Source: Verrucomicrobiia bacterium
Lineage (GTDB): Bacteria > Verrucomicrobiota > Verrucomicrobiia > CAIQCK01
Reading direction: 5' to 3'
Length of the DNA: 64,000 nt
NCBI GenBank assembly: GCA_041667205.1
Contig: JBAYFL010000003.1
Coordinates: 126,325-190,324, forward strand
Shown here piece by piece: positions 17,582 to 26,676 of the stretch; position 1 is the first letter of the stretch; each line of letters starts with the position of its first letter. The notes beneath the pieces are model-generated. The model did no database searches, was not told the DNA's origin, and saw nothing but the letters and a program-made list of their open reading frames with translations. Both the position numbers and the translations under genes were made by a program.

Positions 17582-20500
17582 ATGAAAGTTGACCCCCGCT
17601 TTTTGAGGGAGAGTGGCGACGAGGTTTTTACCGGCAACGAACTCTTGGTGAAGGGCTGCCTTGAAGTCGAGGGCGGCACACACCTGTTGACCGGTTATCC
17701 CGGTTCGCCCGTCGCCAGCTTTTTCGATGCCGCCGAGGCCGTCGGTGAACTGCTCCGCGAGCACGGCATCCGCGCCACGATCGCCAACAACGAGGCCCAC
17801 GCCGTCGCGATGATCAACGGCTCGCAGATGGCGGGCCTGCGCGCCATCGCCGCATTCAAGAGCGTCGGCGCCCACGTCGCCAGCGACGCGCTCGCGCTCG
17901 GCAATATGGCCGGCGCGCATCGCGAAGGTGGCGCGGTGGTGGTCATCGGTGACGACCCGTGGAGTGAATCCACCCAAGTGCCGACGGACTCGCGCTTCAT
18001 CTGCAAACACCTGATGACGCCGGTGCTGGAGCCAGCCACGGTGCAGGAGCAGAAGGACTGGATTGATCTGGCATTCAAGCTCTCCCGCGAGGCGGAGCTT
18101 TACGTCGCCTACATCGTCACCACCAACCAGATGGATGGCGGCGGTTCGGTGGAGACGCGGCCGAACCGCTTTCCGGAAATCAGCGCTAACAACCGCACGC
18201 AACTCGATTCCTCCAAACTGCGTGTGCAGGACATGGTCCTGCTGCCACCGCGGACGTGGAACAAGGAGAAGGACATGCCGTCCCGCGTCCAGCGCCTCCT
18301 GCAAAGCGCGCGCCGCCACGGCGTGAACCGCATCCTCTCGCCCAATCAACATCCGCGCGCCCGCTACGAGATCGGCTTTGTCAGCTCCGGCCAGGCTTAC
18401 AACTACCTCCAGCACGCGCTAGAAGACCTCGGCCTCGCCGACCAGATGCCGATTCTCAAACTCGGCCTCACGTATCCACTCGATGCCGAACTCGTCGTCG
18501 GGTTCGCCGAGCAGGTGAAGAACATTTTCGTCATCGAGGAGCGGCGCGGTTTCCTCGAAGAGCAGATCGCCTCCATCCTCAGCGGAGCGGCACAGCAGGA
18601 CAGCGCGTTTCTGCCGCCGGCGGTTTGGGGAAAGAAGTTTCCAGACGGTGATGGCCTGCCGGCCATTCGCGGGCTCAACCCCTCCATTGTTCTCGAAAAA
18701 CTCGGCCCCGTCGTGCTGGGACTGAACGACCCCGCCGTCCGCGTGGACCGCGCCAAGGTCGAGGCCGAACTCGACCTGCTGCGACGCACCGCCACGTTTG
18801 ACATCAGCATTGTCCAACGCACGCCGACGTTCTGCCCCGGCTGCCCGCACCGCGACTCAGCCAGCGTGCTGATCGAGGTGAAGAAGCAATTCCGCGATAG
18901 CGACTACATGCGCCGCACGCACGGCAGCGACCCGGTGGACCTGGTGTTCCACGGCGACACCGGCTGCTACACGATGCTGATGTTCGAGCCGACGCAAGAC
19001 CTCATGCACAACTACAGCGGCATGGGCCTCGGCGGCGCGACCGGCGCGGGCATTGACCCGTTCATCACGAACAAGCAGGTCGTCTTCATGGGCGACAGCA
19101 CGTTCTTCCACAGCGGCGTCATCGCCATCTCCAACTCGGTCAAGAACGGCCAGGACATCACCTACATCATCCTCGACAACGGGACCACCGCGATGACCGG
19201 CCACCAACCCACGCCGGGACAATCGCGCGGATTGATGGGCGAGGAAACTTTCCGCCAGAGCATTGACCGCATCGTCGAGGGCGTGCTTTCCGGCAGTGAG
19301 AACCACGCCGAAGTCACCCGCGCCAACCCGGCCTATCGCTCCCAGTGGAAGGAACTGCTGGAGGAAACCATCCTCAAGCCCGGCGTCAAAGTCCTCATCG
19401 CCGACAAGGAGTGCGGCATCACCCATCACCGGCGCGAGGCCCGCGAAGAGCGCGCCACGATCCGCAAGAAGGGTTTCCTCCCGCGCAAGACATTCATCAG
19501 CGTCACGCCCGAGGTTTGCGAGTTCTGCCTCGAATGCACCAACGCCACCGGCTGTCCTGGGCTGACGGTTGCCAACACGCCCTACGGCACCAAGGTCCAG
19601 ACCGATTTCTCCTGGTGCGTTTCCGACGGCGCTTGCGCCAAGATCAAGGCGTGCCCGTCGTTCGAGGAAGTCACGGTTCTCCGCAGCCAGAAGCCCCCGT
19701 CGCGCGTGGATCGGCTCAACCTTCAAGACATTCCCATACCAGCCTTGCCCCGCTTGGAGCGGGCTTGGCGCATCTACCTCGCAGGCGTCGGCGGCATGGG
19801 CATCGGCCTCGCCACAGCCACGCTCGTCCGCGCCGCCTACAAGCAAGGTTACGATGTGCTGTTCTGCGACAAGAAGGGCCTCGCCATCCGCAACGGCGGC
19901 GTCTATTCGCAGATCACTTTCAAGCCGCGCGGTTCCAACCACAGCTCCAATATCATCCCCTACGGCAAGGCCGACGTTATCATCGGCGTGGACATCCTGG
20001 AGGCAGTGCGCTCGCTTGATCCGAACGTGCCTCAACGCGTCGGCAGTCCCGACTACACCACCGCCATCGTCAATACCCACAAACAGCCGACCATCCAGAC
20101 GTTGCTCGGCCGCAATGACTTCGATCCGGCGCAACTGGAGGACATCATCCGCCGCTACACGCGAGGCAACGCCTACTTCAGCTTCAACGCCAGCGAGGTC
20201 AGCGAGCGATTGTTCGGCACCCAACTCTACGCCAATGTCATCATGCTTGGCATCGCTTTCCAACGCGGCCTGCTGCCATTGGCGATGGAGAACATTGATT
20301 GGGCCATCCGCGCCACCGTCGGCGGCGCCGGCGATGACAACATCAAAGCCTTCAACGTCGGCCGCAAGATCGTCGTCGCCCCTGCTGAAGTTGCTGCCGC
20401 CGCTGGCCAGTCAGCCGCCGTCGAGAAACACGCCACCTACGAGCAGGTGGTCGCCGACAAGGCTGACATCCTCACCCGCACCAAGAGCAGCGGCGCATCG

Positions 20501-21229
20501 CTCGCCACCGCCTACCGCGAACTCGTCCATCGTGCTGTTGAACACATTCGCCTCGACGTGGACTCGTTGCGAGATCTGGCACTACGCGTCTATGACCTCA
20601 TTCAGTATGATGGCATCGGCTACGCGAAGAAATTCATCGAGCAGATCAAGGCGATCCACATGCTCGACAAGGCCGAGCACGCCTTCGAAGCCACCAAGAC
20701 CGCCATCTCGAACCTGCACCGCGCGATGGTCATCAAGGATGAGATTTACGTCGCCCACCTCCTGACCAGTGAGGAAAAGCACCGCCGCGACCGCGCCCGT
20801 TACGACGTGGACCCGGCGCGCGGCGACCGCATCCGCTACAGCCACATCAATCGCCCGCACTTCGACGTGCTCGGCCTCCAGATTGAGTTCGACATGCGCG
20901 GCAAGCAGTGGCAGATGCGCGCCATGCGCCACCTTAAAGTCCTGCGCCGCATCCTGCCTCGATGGCACAAGCGCGAGAAGGATTTCCGCGACTGGTATTG
21001 CGACCTCTGCGCCAAGTTCTTCTACCACGATCCGGAGACCTACAAGACCTGGTTGGAATTACTGCGCCTGCCCTCGCAAGTCACCGGCTATCGCGATGTG
21101 CGTTACCCGAAGATGAACCAGGCCCGCAGCCGCGCCACCGAACTGCTCAAGCGGCTCGAAACAATGCAGGCCACCGCAAGCCGCGTTCCCGCTCCTGCGC
21201 CGGTCGTGGCGATCAACCAACCGCGTTAA
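17582..21229 (+). CDS. Indolepyruvate/2-oxoacid:ferredoxin oxidoreductase, fused alpha-beta form (IOR family, 1215 aa)
   Basis: N-terminus 'FTGNELLVKGCLEVEGGTHLLTGYPGSPV' (TPP/pyrimidine-binding), [4Fe-4S] Cys clusters (CPGCPHRD; CEFCLEC..CPG) and a C-terminal gamma-like domain. Confidence 0.85.
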   Translation: MKVDPRFLRESGDEVFTGNELLVKGCLEVEGGTHLLTGYPGSPVASFFDAAEAVGELLREHGIRATIANNEAHAVAMINGSQMAGLRAIAAFKSVGAHVASDALALGNMAGAHREGGAVVVIGDDPWSESTQVPTDSRFICKHLMTPVLEPATVQEQKDWIDLAFKLSREAELYVAYIVTTNQMDGGGSVETRPNRFPEISANNRTQLDSSKLRVQDMVLLPPRTWNKEKDMPSRVQRLLQSARRHGVNRILSPNQHPRARYEIGFVSSGQAYNYLQHALEDLGLADQMPILKLGLTYPLDAELVVGFAEQVKNIFVIEERRGFLEEQIASILSGAAQQDSAFLPPAVWGKKFPDGDGLPAIRGLNPSIVLEKLGPVVLGLNDPAVRVDRAKVEAELDLLRRTATFDISIVQRTPTFCPGCPHRDSASVLIEVKKQFRDSDYMRRTHGSDPVDLVFHGDTGCYTMLMFEPTQDLMHNYSGMGLGGATGAGIDPFITNKQVVFMGDSTFFHSGVIAISNSVKNGQDITYIILDNGTTAMTGHQPTPGQSRGLMGEETFRQSIDRIVEGVLSGSENHAEVTRANPAYRSQWKELLEETILKPGVKVLIADKECGITHHRREAREERATIRKKGFLPRKTFISVTPEVCEFCLECTNATGCPGLTVANTPYGTKVQTDFSWCVSDGACAKIKACPSFEEVTVLRSQKPPSRVDRLNLQDIPIPALPRLERAWRIYLAGVGGMGIGLATATLVRAAYKQGYDVLFCDKKGLAIRNGGVYSQITFKPRGSNHSSNIIPYGKADVIIGVDILEAVRSLDPNVPQRVGSPDYTTAIVNTHKQPTIQTLLGRNDFDPAQLEDIIRRYTRGNAYFSFNASEVSERLFGTQLYANVIMLGIAFQRGLLPLAMENIDWAIRATVGGAGDDNIKAFNVGRKIVVAPAEVAAAAGQSAAVEKHATYEQVVADKADILTRTKSSGASLATAYRELVHRAVEHIRLDVDSLRDLALRVYDLIQYDGIGYAKKFIEQIKAIHMLDKAEHAFEATKTAISNLHRAMVIKDEIYVAHLLTSEEKHRRDRARYDVDPARGDRIRYSHINRPHFDVLGLQIEFDMRGKQWQMRAMRHLKVLRRILPRWHKREKDFRDWYCDLCAKFFYHDPETYKTWLELLRLPSQVTGYRDVRYPKMNQARSRATELLKRLETMQATASRVPAPAPVVAINQPR

Positions 21230-21241
21230 TCCATTCACGCC

Positions 21242-22528
21242 ATGAACAACGTGCGCTGTCTGCTTCCAGTCCTCCTGGCAGCCTTCATCGCTTCATCTTT
21301 CACCGCCCGCGCCCAGCTCTCTGATTTTGCGGAACTGTCCGCGAAGGCCGCACAGGGCAATGCCGAAGCACAGTTCAAGCTCGGTGTGCGCTATCACTAC
21401 GGTGAAGGCGTGCCGCAGAACTACTCCGAGGCCCTCAAGTGGTTCCAGAAAGCCGCCGAGCAGGGCTTCGCGCCGGCACAGTCCGAACTCGGCTACATGC
21501 ACGAGCAAGGTCATGGCACTACCGTCAACTTCGACGAAGCCGTGAAGTGGTATCGCAAGGCTGCCGATCAAGGCTTGCCACTGGGCATGAACAACGTCGG
21601 TTCCATGTATGACCAAGGCCGCGGCGTTTCGCAAAACCTCGTCGAAGCTGCCAAGTGGTTTCGCCAAGCCGCGGAGCAAGGCTTGCCTGTCGCTCGGCGC
21701 AACTTCGGCAACGCTCTTGCCCAAGGACGCGGCGTCAAACAGGACTACGTCGAAGCCTACAAGTGGCTCCGGCTTGCCGTCATCCAAGGCAATGCGCAAG
21801 CACGCGATGGCATCCGGGAAATTTCACTCCGCATGACCGCCGACGAAATCGCCGAGGCCCGCCGACGCGCAGACGAGTTCCGCAAGAGTCGCGGCGAACC
21901 GACCCGCGCGTCCGGCTCTGGCTTCTTCGTTACCGAAGACGGCTTTTTCGTCACCAACTTCCACGTTGTCCGCGACGCCACGCGCATCATCATCCGCACC
22001 GACGCCGGCAACCTTCCGGCGCAATTGGTGACCGCCGACAAGGTCAACGATCTCGCGCTGCTAAAGACCGACGGGACGTTCAAGCCGCTGCCGCTCTCCT
22101 CCAGCCGCGACACCAAGCTCGGCGACACCGTTTTCACCGTCGGTTTCCCAAACATCCACATGCAAGGCACCGCGCCGAAGCTCACGGACGGCAAGATCAG
22201 CAGCATCGTCGGCTTGGAAGACGACCCGCGCTTCTTCCAAGTCAACGTTGCCATCCAACCCGGCAACTCCGGCGGCGCCCTTGTCAACGAACGCGGTAAC
22301 GTCATCGGCATCATCACCCTGCGCATGACGGAATCCATCGCTTACCAGCGCACCGGCGCGCTTCCGCAAAACGTCAACTTCGCCGTCAAGAGCGCCTACG
22401 CGCTGGCCTTGCTGGAATCGCAGCCAGCCGTCATCGTCCGACTCAAGCACCCGCAAACCTCCAAGCGCAAATTCGCCGACGCCGTCAAAGCCGCCACCGA
22501 TGCCGCCGCGCTCGTCTTCGCCGATTGA
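21242..22528 (+). CDS. Secreted Sel1-repeat (TPR-like) / trypsin-like S1C serine protease fusion
   Basis: Five Sel1 repeats (AQFKLGVRYHYGEGVPQNYSEALKWFQKAAEQG...), then a protease domain with catalytic 'GNSGGAL' and 'TNFHVV' His motifs. Confidence 0.7.
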   Translation: MNNVRCLLPVLLAAFIASSFTARAQLSDFAELSAKAAQGNAEAQFKLGVRYHYGEGVPQNYSEALKWFQKAAEQGFAPAQSELGYMHEQGHGTTVNFDEAVKWYRKAADQGLPLGMNNVGSMYDQGRGVSQNLVEAAKWFRQAAEQGLPVARRNFGNALAQGRGVKQDYVEAYKWLRLAVIQGNAQARDGIREISLRMTADEIAEARRRADEFRKSRGEPTRASGSGFFVTEDGFFVTNFHVVRDATRIIIRTDAGNLPAQLVTADKVNDLALLKTDGTFKPLPLSSSRDTKLGDTVFTVGFPNIHMQGTAPKLTDGKISSIVGLEDDPRFFQVNVAIQPGNSGGALVNERGNVIGIITLRMTESIAYQRTGALPQNVNFAVKSAYALALLESQPAVIVRLKHPQTSKRKFADAVKAATDAAALVFAD

Positions 22529-22611
22529 AACATGGTCCGCGCCTCCACTTGTATGCTGGACGCCGCTGCTGCGATTCGCTAACAGTCTTCCCGACGAAAG
22601 GAATGATCACG

Positions 22612-23139
22612 ATGGAATTCTTTGAAGTTTTGCGCGGCCGTTTCTCCGTGCGGTCGTATCAGGACAAACCGGTGGACAACACCGCGTTACAGGCCATTTT
22701 GGAAGCGGTCAACAGCGCGCCGTCGGCGTTCAACGCGCAGGCCTGCGAGGTCGTTGTGGTGCGCGACGCCGCGCGGAAGGAGCAACTGGCAAAGGCGTGC
22801 TTCAACCAGATGTTTGCGGCGCAAGCGCCGGTAATGCTGGTGTTTTTTGCCAATCCGGACCGCAACCGTGAAAAAATTGGCGAATCTGCCGCGGCAGTCT
22901 ATAGTCACGAGGACGCGACGATTGCGTGTGACTACGCGCATCTCGCCGCCGCGGCGCTCGGCTTGGGCAGTTGCTGGATCGCCGCTTACGGGCAGAAGGC
23001 GGTGAGCGAAGCGCTGGGCGCACCGGCGTCGTGGTGCCCGGTGGCGCTGTTGCCAATCGGGCATCCTGCGGAGGCGGCAAAGCCGCGCGAACGACGTGCA
23101 TTAACCGACCTGGTCCATGAAGAACAAGTGAGGAAGTGA
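22612..23139 (+). CDS. Nitroreductase-family FMN-dependent oxidoreductase
   Basis: 'RFSVRSYQDKPV' nitroreductase N-motif. Start chosen 11 nt after the AAAGGAA RBS. Confidence 0.65.
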   Translation: MEFFEVLRGRFSVRSYQDKPVDNTALQAILEAVNSAPSAFNAQACEVVVVRDAARKEQLAKACFNQMFAAQAPVMLVFFANPDRNREKIGESAAAVYSHEDATIACDYAHLAAAALGLGSCWIAAYGQKAVSEALGAPASWCPVALLPIGHPAEAAKPRERRALTDLVHEEQVRK

Positions 23140-23666
23140 CAACTATGAAGAAGAATGACATCAAGCCGTTCGATCTCTGGCGGGAAACAATGAACGTGAT
23201 GGAGCGGCACGGCCTGCTCCTTTGCACCGTGGGCAGCGATGGCAAGCCGAACGCAATGAACGTCGCCTGGCTGACCGGCGGACTGATTTGGGGCCGGCCC
23301 ATCATCACCGTGCTGGTCAAGACCAACCGCCACAGCTTCAACAACCTTGAGCAGACCAATCAATTCACCGTCAACGTCTTGCCGCCCGAATTTGCTAATG
23401 CGCTGCAATACCTCGGCACCGCCTCCGGCGCCACCGAAGACAAGTTCGCCAAATCCAAACTCACTTCCGCGCCCTCACAAGCCGTCAAAGCCCCGCTCAT
23501 CGCGGAAGGCGTCGTGCATTACGAGTGCCGCGTCGTGCATAAGAACGATGTGATCGCGGAGAACCTGACGCCAGAAATCGCCTCACTCGGCATCAATCAT
23601 CGCGTTTATTTCGGCGAAATCGTTGCCGCCAGCGCCGCGCCGGATGCGGCCAAGAGGCTTGCGTAG
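23136..23666 (+). CDS. Flavin reductase-like / PNPOx-like FMN-binding split-barrel protein
   Basis: 'NAMNVAWLTGGLIWGRPIITVLV' core typical of the flavin reductase domain. Overlaps the previous stop by 4 nt (operon). Confidence 0.6.
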   Translation: MTTMKKNDIKPFDLWRETMNVMERHGLLLCTVGSDGKPNAMNVAWLTGGLIWGRPIITVLVKTNRHSFNNLEQTNQFTVNVLPPEFANALQYLGTASGATEDKFAKSKLTSAPSQAVKAPLIAEGVVHYECRVVHKNDVIAENLTPEIASLGINHRVYFGEIVAASAAPDAAKRLA

Positions 23667-23696
23667 CCAGCCGCAGTCGAATCGCGGCACAGCAAC

Positions 23697-24677
23697 TCAC
23701 TTGTTCAATACGCCGGAAAGCACCCGGCCGTAGCCGTGTCCCATTTGTAGGATTTGCCATCCGACCCAGAACACGACGCCCATGTAGATCAGTTTCGGCA
23801 ACCATTCCGCCAGTGCGTGCAAACGCCGCCGGCTCTCGTCGAAGAAATGCCGCTCCAGATGTTCGAGCATGTCGTCGAGTTTCCCACTTTCCTGGCCCGT
23901 CGCGATCAGGCCAAGTGCGTCGGGCGGCAACACTTCAGCCATTGCCGTCACCAACGACTCGCCGCGCCTTAACTCCGGCACTGCTGCTCGCGCAGCCGCC
24001 GCGAGCTCCGCGCTGCCCGACGCCGCGCCAGCGCGCGGCATCGCCTCCAGAATGCCGATGCCGGCGTTCAACAGGGCCTTCAGCGCGGAGAACAGCCGCG
24101 TCAGCGAAAGATCCCGGTGAATCTTTCCCACCATCGGCACCGCCAGCACCAGACGGTCAGCCAAGGCCAGCTTGGAGCGGTCTCGCGAAATCTGCCGCAC
24201 GATGAACCAGACCATTGCCGCCGCCACATAGAGAAATCCCAGGGATGAAAGAATCGCCGTCCCGTAAGCGCCATAGTCGCGCGTGAACACCAACATCGGC
24301 AGCGGCCCCACAACCACTGACAGGTGCAACAACAGGAACGGATAGAGCATCTGCACCCATATCTCTTTTCGGATCGCCACCATCTGCTCCATCATCTCCG
24401 CCAACTGCCGCAACGCCCGGTCCACCGTGCCGGCCCTCTCTCCGACGTGCAACAGTTCGCGATGGAGCAGCGGAAACACCGACTCGTGTCCAGCCATCGC
24501 TTCCGTCAAATCGCTGCCAGCCCGGATGCGTTCGCAGATTGCCGCACTTATCCCGCGCAGCCGTCGGCAAGCCGCGGCCTGCTCCAGCGATTGCAACGCG
24601 CGCTCCATGGACACGCCTGCATTCAACATCGCCGCCAGTTGCCGGTAGAACGCCGCAAGATGGAGTTGTCTGACCAT
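23697..24677 (-). CDS. Type II secretion / type IV pilus platform protein F-like (two T2SSF domains, short form)
   Basis: Repeated 'LxxxLxAGV/I..xxAL' T2SSF motifs (AAFYRQLAAMLNAGVSMERAL; RLFSALKALLNAGIGILEAM) and 3 TM segments. Confidence 0.65.
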   Translation of the reverse strand: MVRQLHLAAFYRQLAAMLNAGVSMERALQSLEQAAACRRLRGISAAICERIRAGSDLTEAMAGHESVFPLLHRELLHVGERAGTVDRALRQLAEMMEQMVAIRKEIWVQMLYPFLLLHLSVVVGPLPMLVFTRDYGAYGTAILSSLGFLYVAAAMVWFIVRQISRDRSKLALADRLVLAVPMVGKIHRDLSLTRLFSALKALLNAGIGILEAMPRAGAASGSAELAAAARAAVPELRRGESLVTAMAEVLPPDALGLIATGQESGKLDDMLEHLERHFFDESRRRLHALAEWLPKLIYMGVVFWVGWQILQMGHGYGRVLSGVLNK

Positions 24678-24750
24678 GAGCCGTGCGAAATGTTTAGCTG
24701 TGACGCCTCACCAACGCAACATGGAACGCTGTCCGCGCGGTCGCCGGATA

Positions 24751-24780
24751 TTGACCTTGAGGCCGGAGCCGGTGTAGTGT
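24751..24780 (+). promoter_or_regulatory. Candidate sigma70 promoter TTGACC-N18-TAGTGT for the pseudopilin gene (would give a near-leaderless mRNA)
   Basis: Hexamers read directly from the sequence; the -10 ends 8 nt before the ATG at 24789. Confidence 0.3.
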
Positions 24781-24788
24781 GCCGCGAA

Positions 24789-25616
24789 ATGACACACACT
24801 GCCCGGAACATGAACACGTTTTCACGGTCCCGTCTCTCCGCACGGCGTGCGCCCCAGCGTCAACACACCGCGTTCACGCTCGTGGAGTTGCTGGTGGTCA
24901 TGGTCATCATCTCTGTCCTCATCGGCCTGGTGTTTCCAATGGTCACGGGCATAAAGGAAAAGGCCAACGTCGTGGTGTGCACCGGCAACCTCAAGCAGCT
25001 TTACAATGGCCTGATGTCGTTTGCCGCAGAGAACGAAGGCCGCTGCCCGCTGAACGAGAACGACAGCGCCTCCACCATGTTCGGCGTCCCGAACAAGCCA
25101 AACTGGATCGCCAACCCCGCACTGGCCGCCACCAACGGCATCCTCTCGATCACGCAGGGAAGCCTTTGGCGTTATGTGAACGACACCCGCGTCTATCGCT
25201 GTCCCTCGCGCCCCAACAAGGACTACGTCCGCAGTTATTCCATGGCCAGTTACTTCAGCGGCGCCGACGACGTCAAAACCAAGGTGCTGCCTGCCTTCGA
25301 CAAGGTCGTTCATCCGCGGGCACAAAAGTTCATCGAAGCCGAACGGCCCGCACAGACCTTGCTGCTAACGGAGGAAAACCCTCCCGGTTTTCCGCCCGAA
25401 GACGGTCGCACTTTCCTCAACGACGGCTATTTCGCGCACGACGATCCCCATCGCGAGCAACCCGGCTCTTACCATAATGCCGACCCGTTCACACTTCTAG
25501 GTGGCAAAGCCAACGTGATCTTTGTAGATGGCCACGTCCAGTTGCTGACGCCGCAACAGGCCAGCCTCGCTTTTGAGTCGTTCTTTCACGACGTTGCAAC
25601 CAAACCCAAACGCTAG
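24789..25616 (+). CDS. Prepilin-type N-terminal cleavage/methylation domain pseudopilin (DUF1559-like, PVC-type)
   Basis: 'AFTLVELLVVMVIISVLIGLV' class III signal/methylation motif and a C-terminal 'NVIFVDGHV' DGH motif. An alternative start lies at 24810. Confidence 0.7.
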   Translation: MTHTARNMNTFSRSRLSARRAPQRQHTAFTLVELLVVMVIISVLIGLVFPMVTGIKEKANVVVCTGNLKQLYNGLMSFAAENEGRCPLNENDSASTMFGVPNKPNWIANPALAATNGILSITQGSLWRYVNDTRVYRCPSRPNKDYVRSYSMASYFSGADDVKTKVLPAFDKVVHPRAQKFIEAERPAQTLLLTEENPPGFPPEDGRTFLNDGYFAHDDPHREQPGSYHNADPFTLLGGKANVIFVDGHVQLLTPQQASLAFESFFHDVATKPKR

Positions 25617-25629
25617 TTCGCGAACCGTC

Positions 25630-25950
25630 ATGGAGTCTCGTCAGCTTTTTATTCTCATGGGAATCGCCATTGTGCTTGGCGCTGTGTGGTTGATGCTCGG
25701 CGGCACTGCTTTTTTCTCAACGCCGACGACCGAGAGACTGCTGATGTGCAGCAACGCCAACTGCGGCAACGAATTCAAGGCGCAGTTGCCGGTCAAGTTT
25801 CAGGACTACCCGGTCAAGTGCCCGAAATGCAACCAACGCAGCGCCTTCGTCCTCACGCGTTGCTGGAAATGCAGCGCCCCCTACCCCCTCGACCTGAAGC
25901 ATCCGCTCGAAAAATGCCCCAAGTGCGGCTGCGAACTGCCCAAATACTGA
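25630..25950 (+). CDS. Small membrane-anchored double zinc-ribbon protein
   Basis: N-terminal TM helix, then four CxxC pairs (CSNANC, CPKC, CWKC, CPKCGC). Confidence 0.4.
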   Translation: MESRQLFILMGIAIVLGAVWLMLGGTAFFSTPTTERLLMCSNANCGNEFKAQLPVKFQDYPVKCPKCNQRSAFVLTRCWKCSAPYPLDLKHPLEKCPKCGCELPKY

Positions 25951-26004
25951 CGCGTCAACTCCCCACGCCGTTGCGCGCTTTCACCGCTGCGCCCTGACCG
26001 CCAG

Positions 26005-26033
26005 TTGACCCGCAGCAGGGTCTCGTCTATGCT
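26005..26033 (+). promoter_or_regulatory. Candidate sigma70 promoter TTGACC-N17-TATGCT for folE-miaB
   Basis: Consensus-like hexamers with 17-nt spacing, 27 nt upstream of the folE ATG. Confidence 0.4.
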
Positions 26034-26059
26034 GCCGCGCCATTAACACCGGAGCATTC

Positions 26060-26641
26060 ATGATTCGTCAGGTTGACCAGAAGAAAATTGAAAAGGCCGT
26101 GCGTCAGATCCTCGAAGCCGTTGGCGAGGATCCTGGCCGCGAGGGCCTGAAGGAGACGCCCGCCCGCGTTGCGCGGATGTATGCAGAAATCTTCGGCCAC
26201 GGCGAAGAAGACCCGCGCAAGGCGTTGAGCACCACCTTCAAGGAGGACCACCACGAAGTCGTGCTGGTGAAAGACATCCCGTTTTACTCGATGTGCGAGC
26301 ACCATTTCATGCCGTTCTTTGGCAAGGCGCACGTCGCCTACATCCCCCACGGCAAGATTGTCGGCATCTCCAAGTTGGCGCGGGTCGTCGAGGCCTACGC
26401 CCGCCGCCCGCAAGTGCAGGAGAGGATGACCAGCCAGATCGCCGACCTCATCACCGAAATGCTCCACCCCAACGGCGTCGCGGTCATCATCGAGGCCATT
26501 CACACCTGCATGACCATGCGCGGCGTCAAGAAGGCCGGCAGCTCCGTTGTCACCAGCGCCATGCGCGGCGACTTCCGCAAGCGGATCACCAGCCGCACAG
26601 AGATCATGTCGCTCATCTACGGCCGGCCGATGACGCCGTAG
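26060..26641 (+). CDS. folE: GTP cyclohydrolase I
   Basis: '[22 protein letters not shown]' and 'ERMTSQIAD' are the FolE active-site signatures. Confidence 0.9.
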   Translation: MIRQVDQKKIEKAVRQILEAVGEDPGREGLKETPARVARMYAEIFGHGEEDPRKALSTTFKEDHHEVVLVKDIPFYSMCEHHFMPFFGKAHVAYIPHGKIVGISKLARVVEAYARRPQVQERMTSQIADLITEMLHPNGVAVIIEAIHTCMTMRGVKKAGSSVVTSAMRGDFRKRITSRTEIMSLIYGRPMTP

Positions 26642-26676
26642 CGTTGTCGCCTCCCGCACAGCCGTTATCGCGTTTC

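Noticed and set aside
26293-26676. Long 5' extension of the miaB ORF overlapping folE
   Set aside because: It is a different frame from folE and has a Pro/Arg-rich translation. The MiaB N-terminal motif MKKVFIKTYGCQMNE starts at the GTG at 26677.
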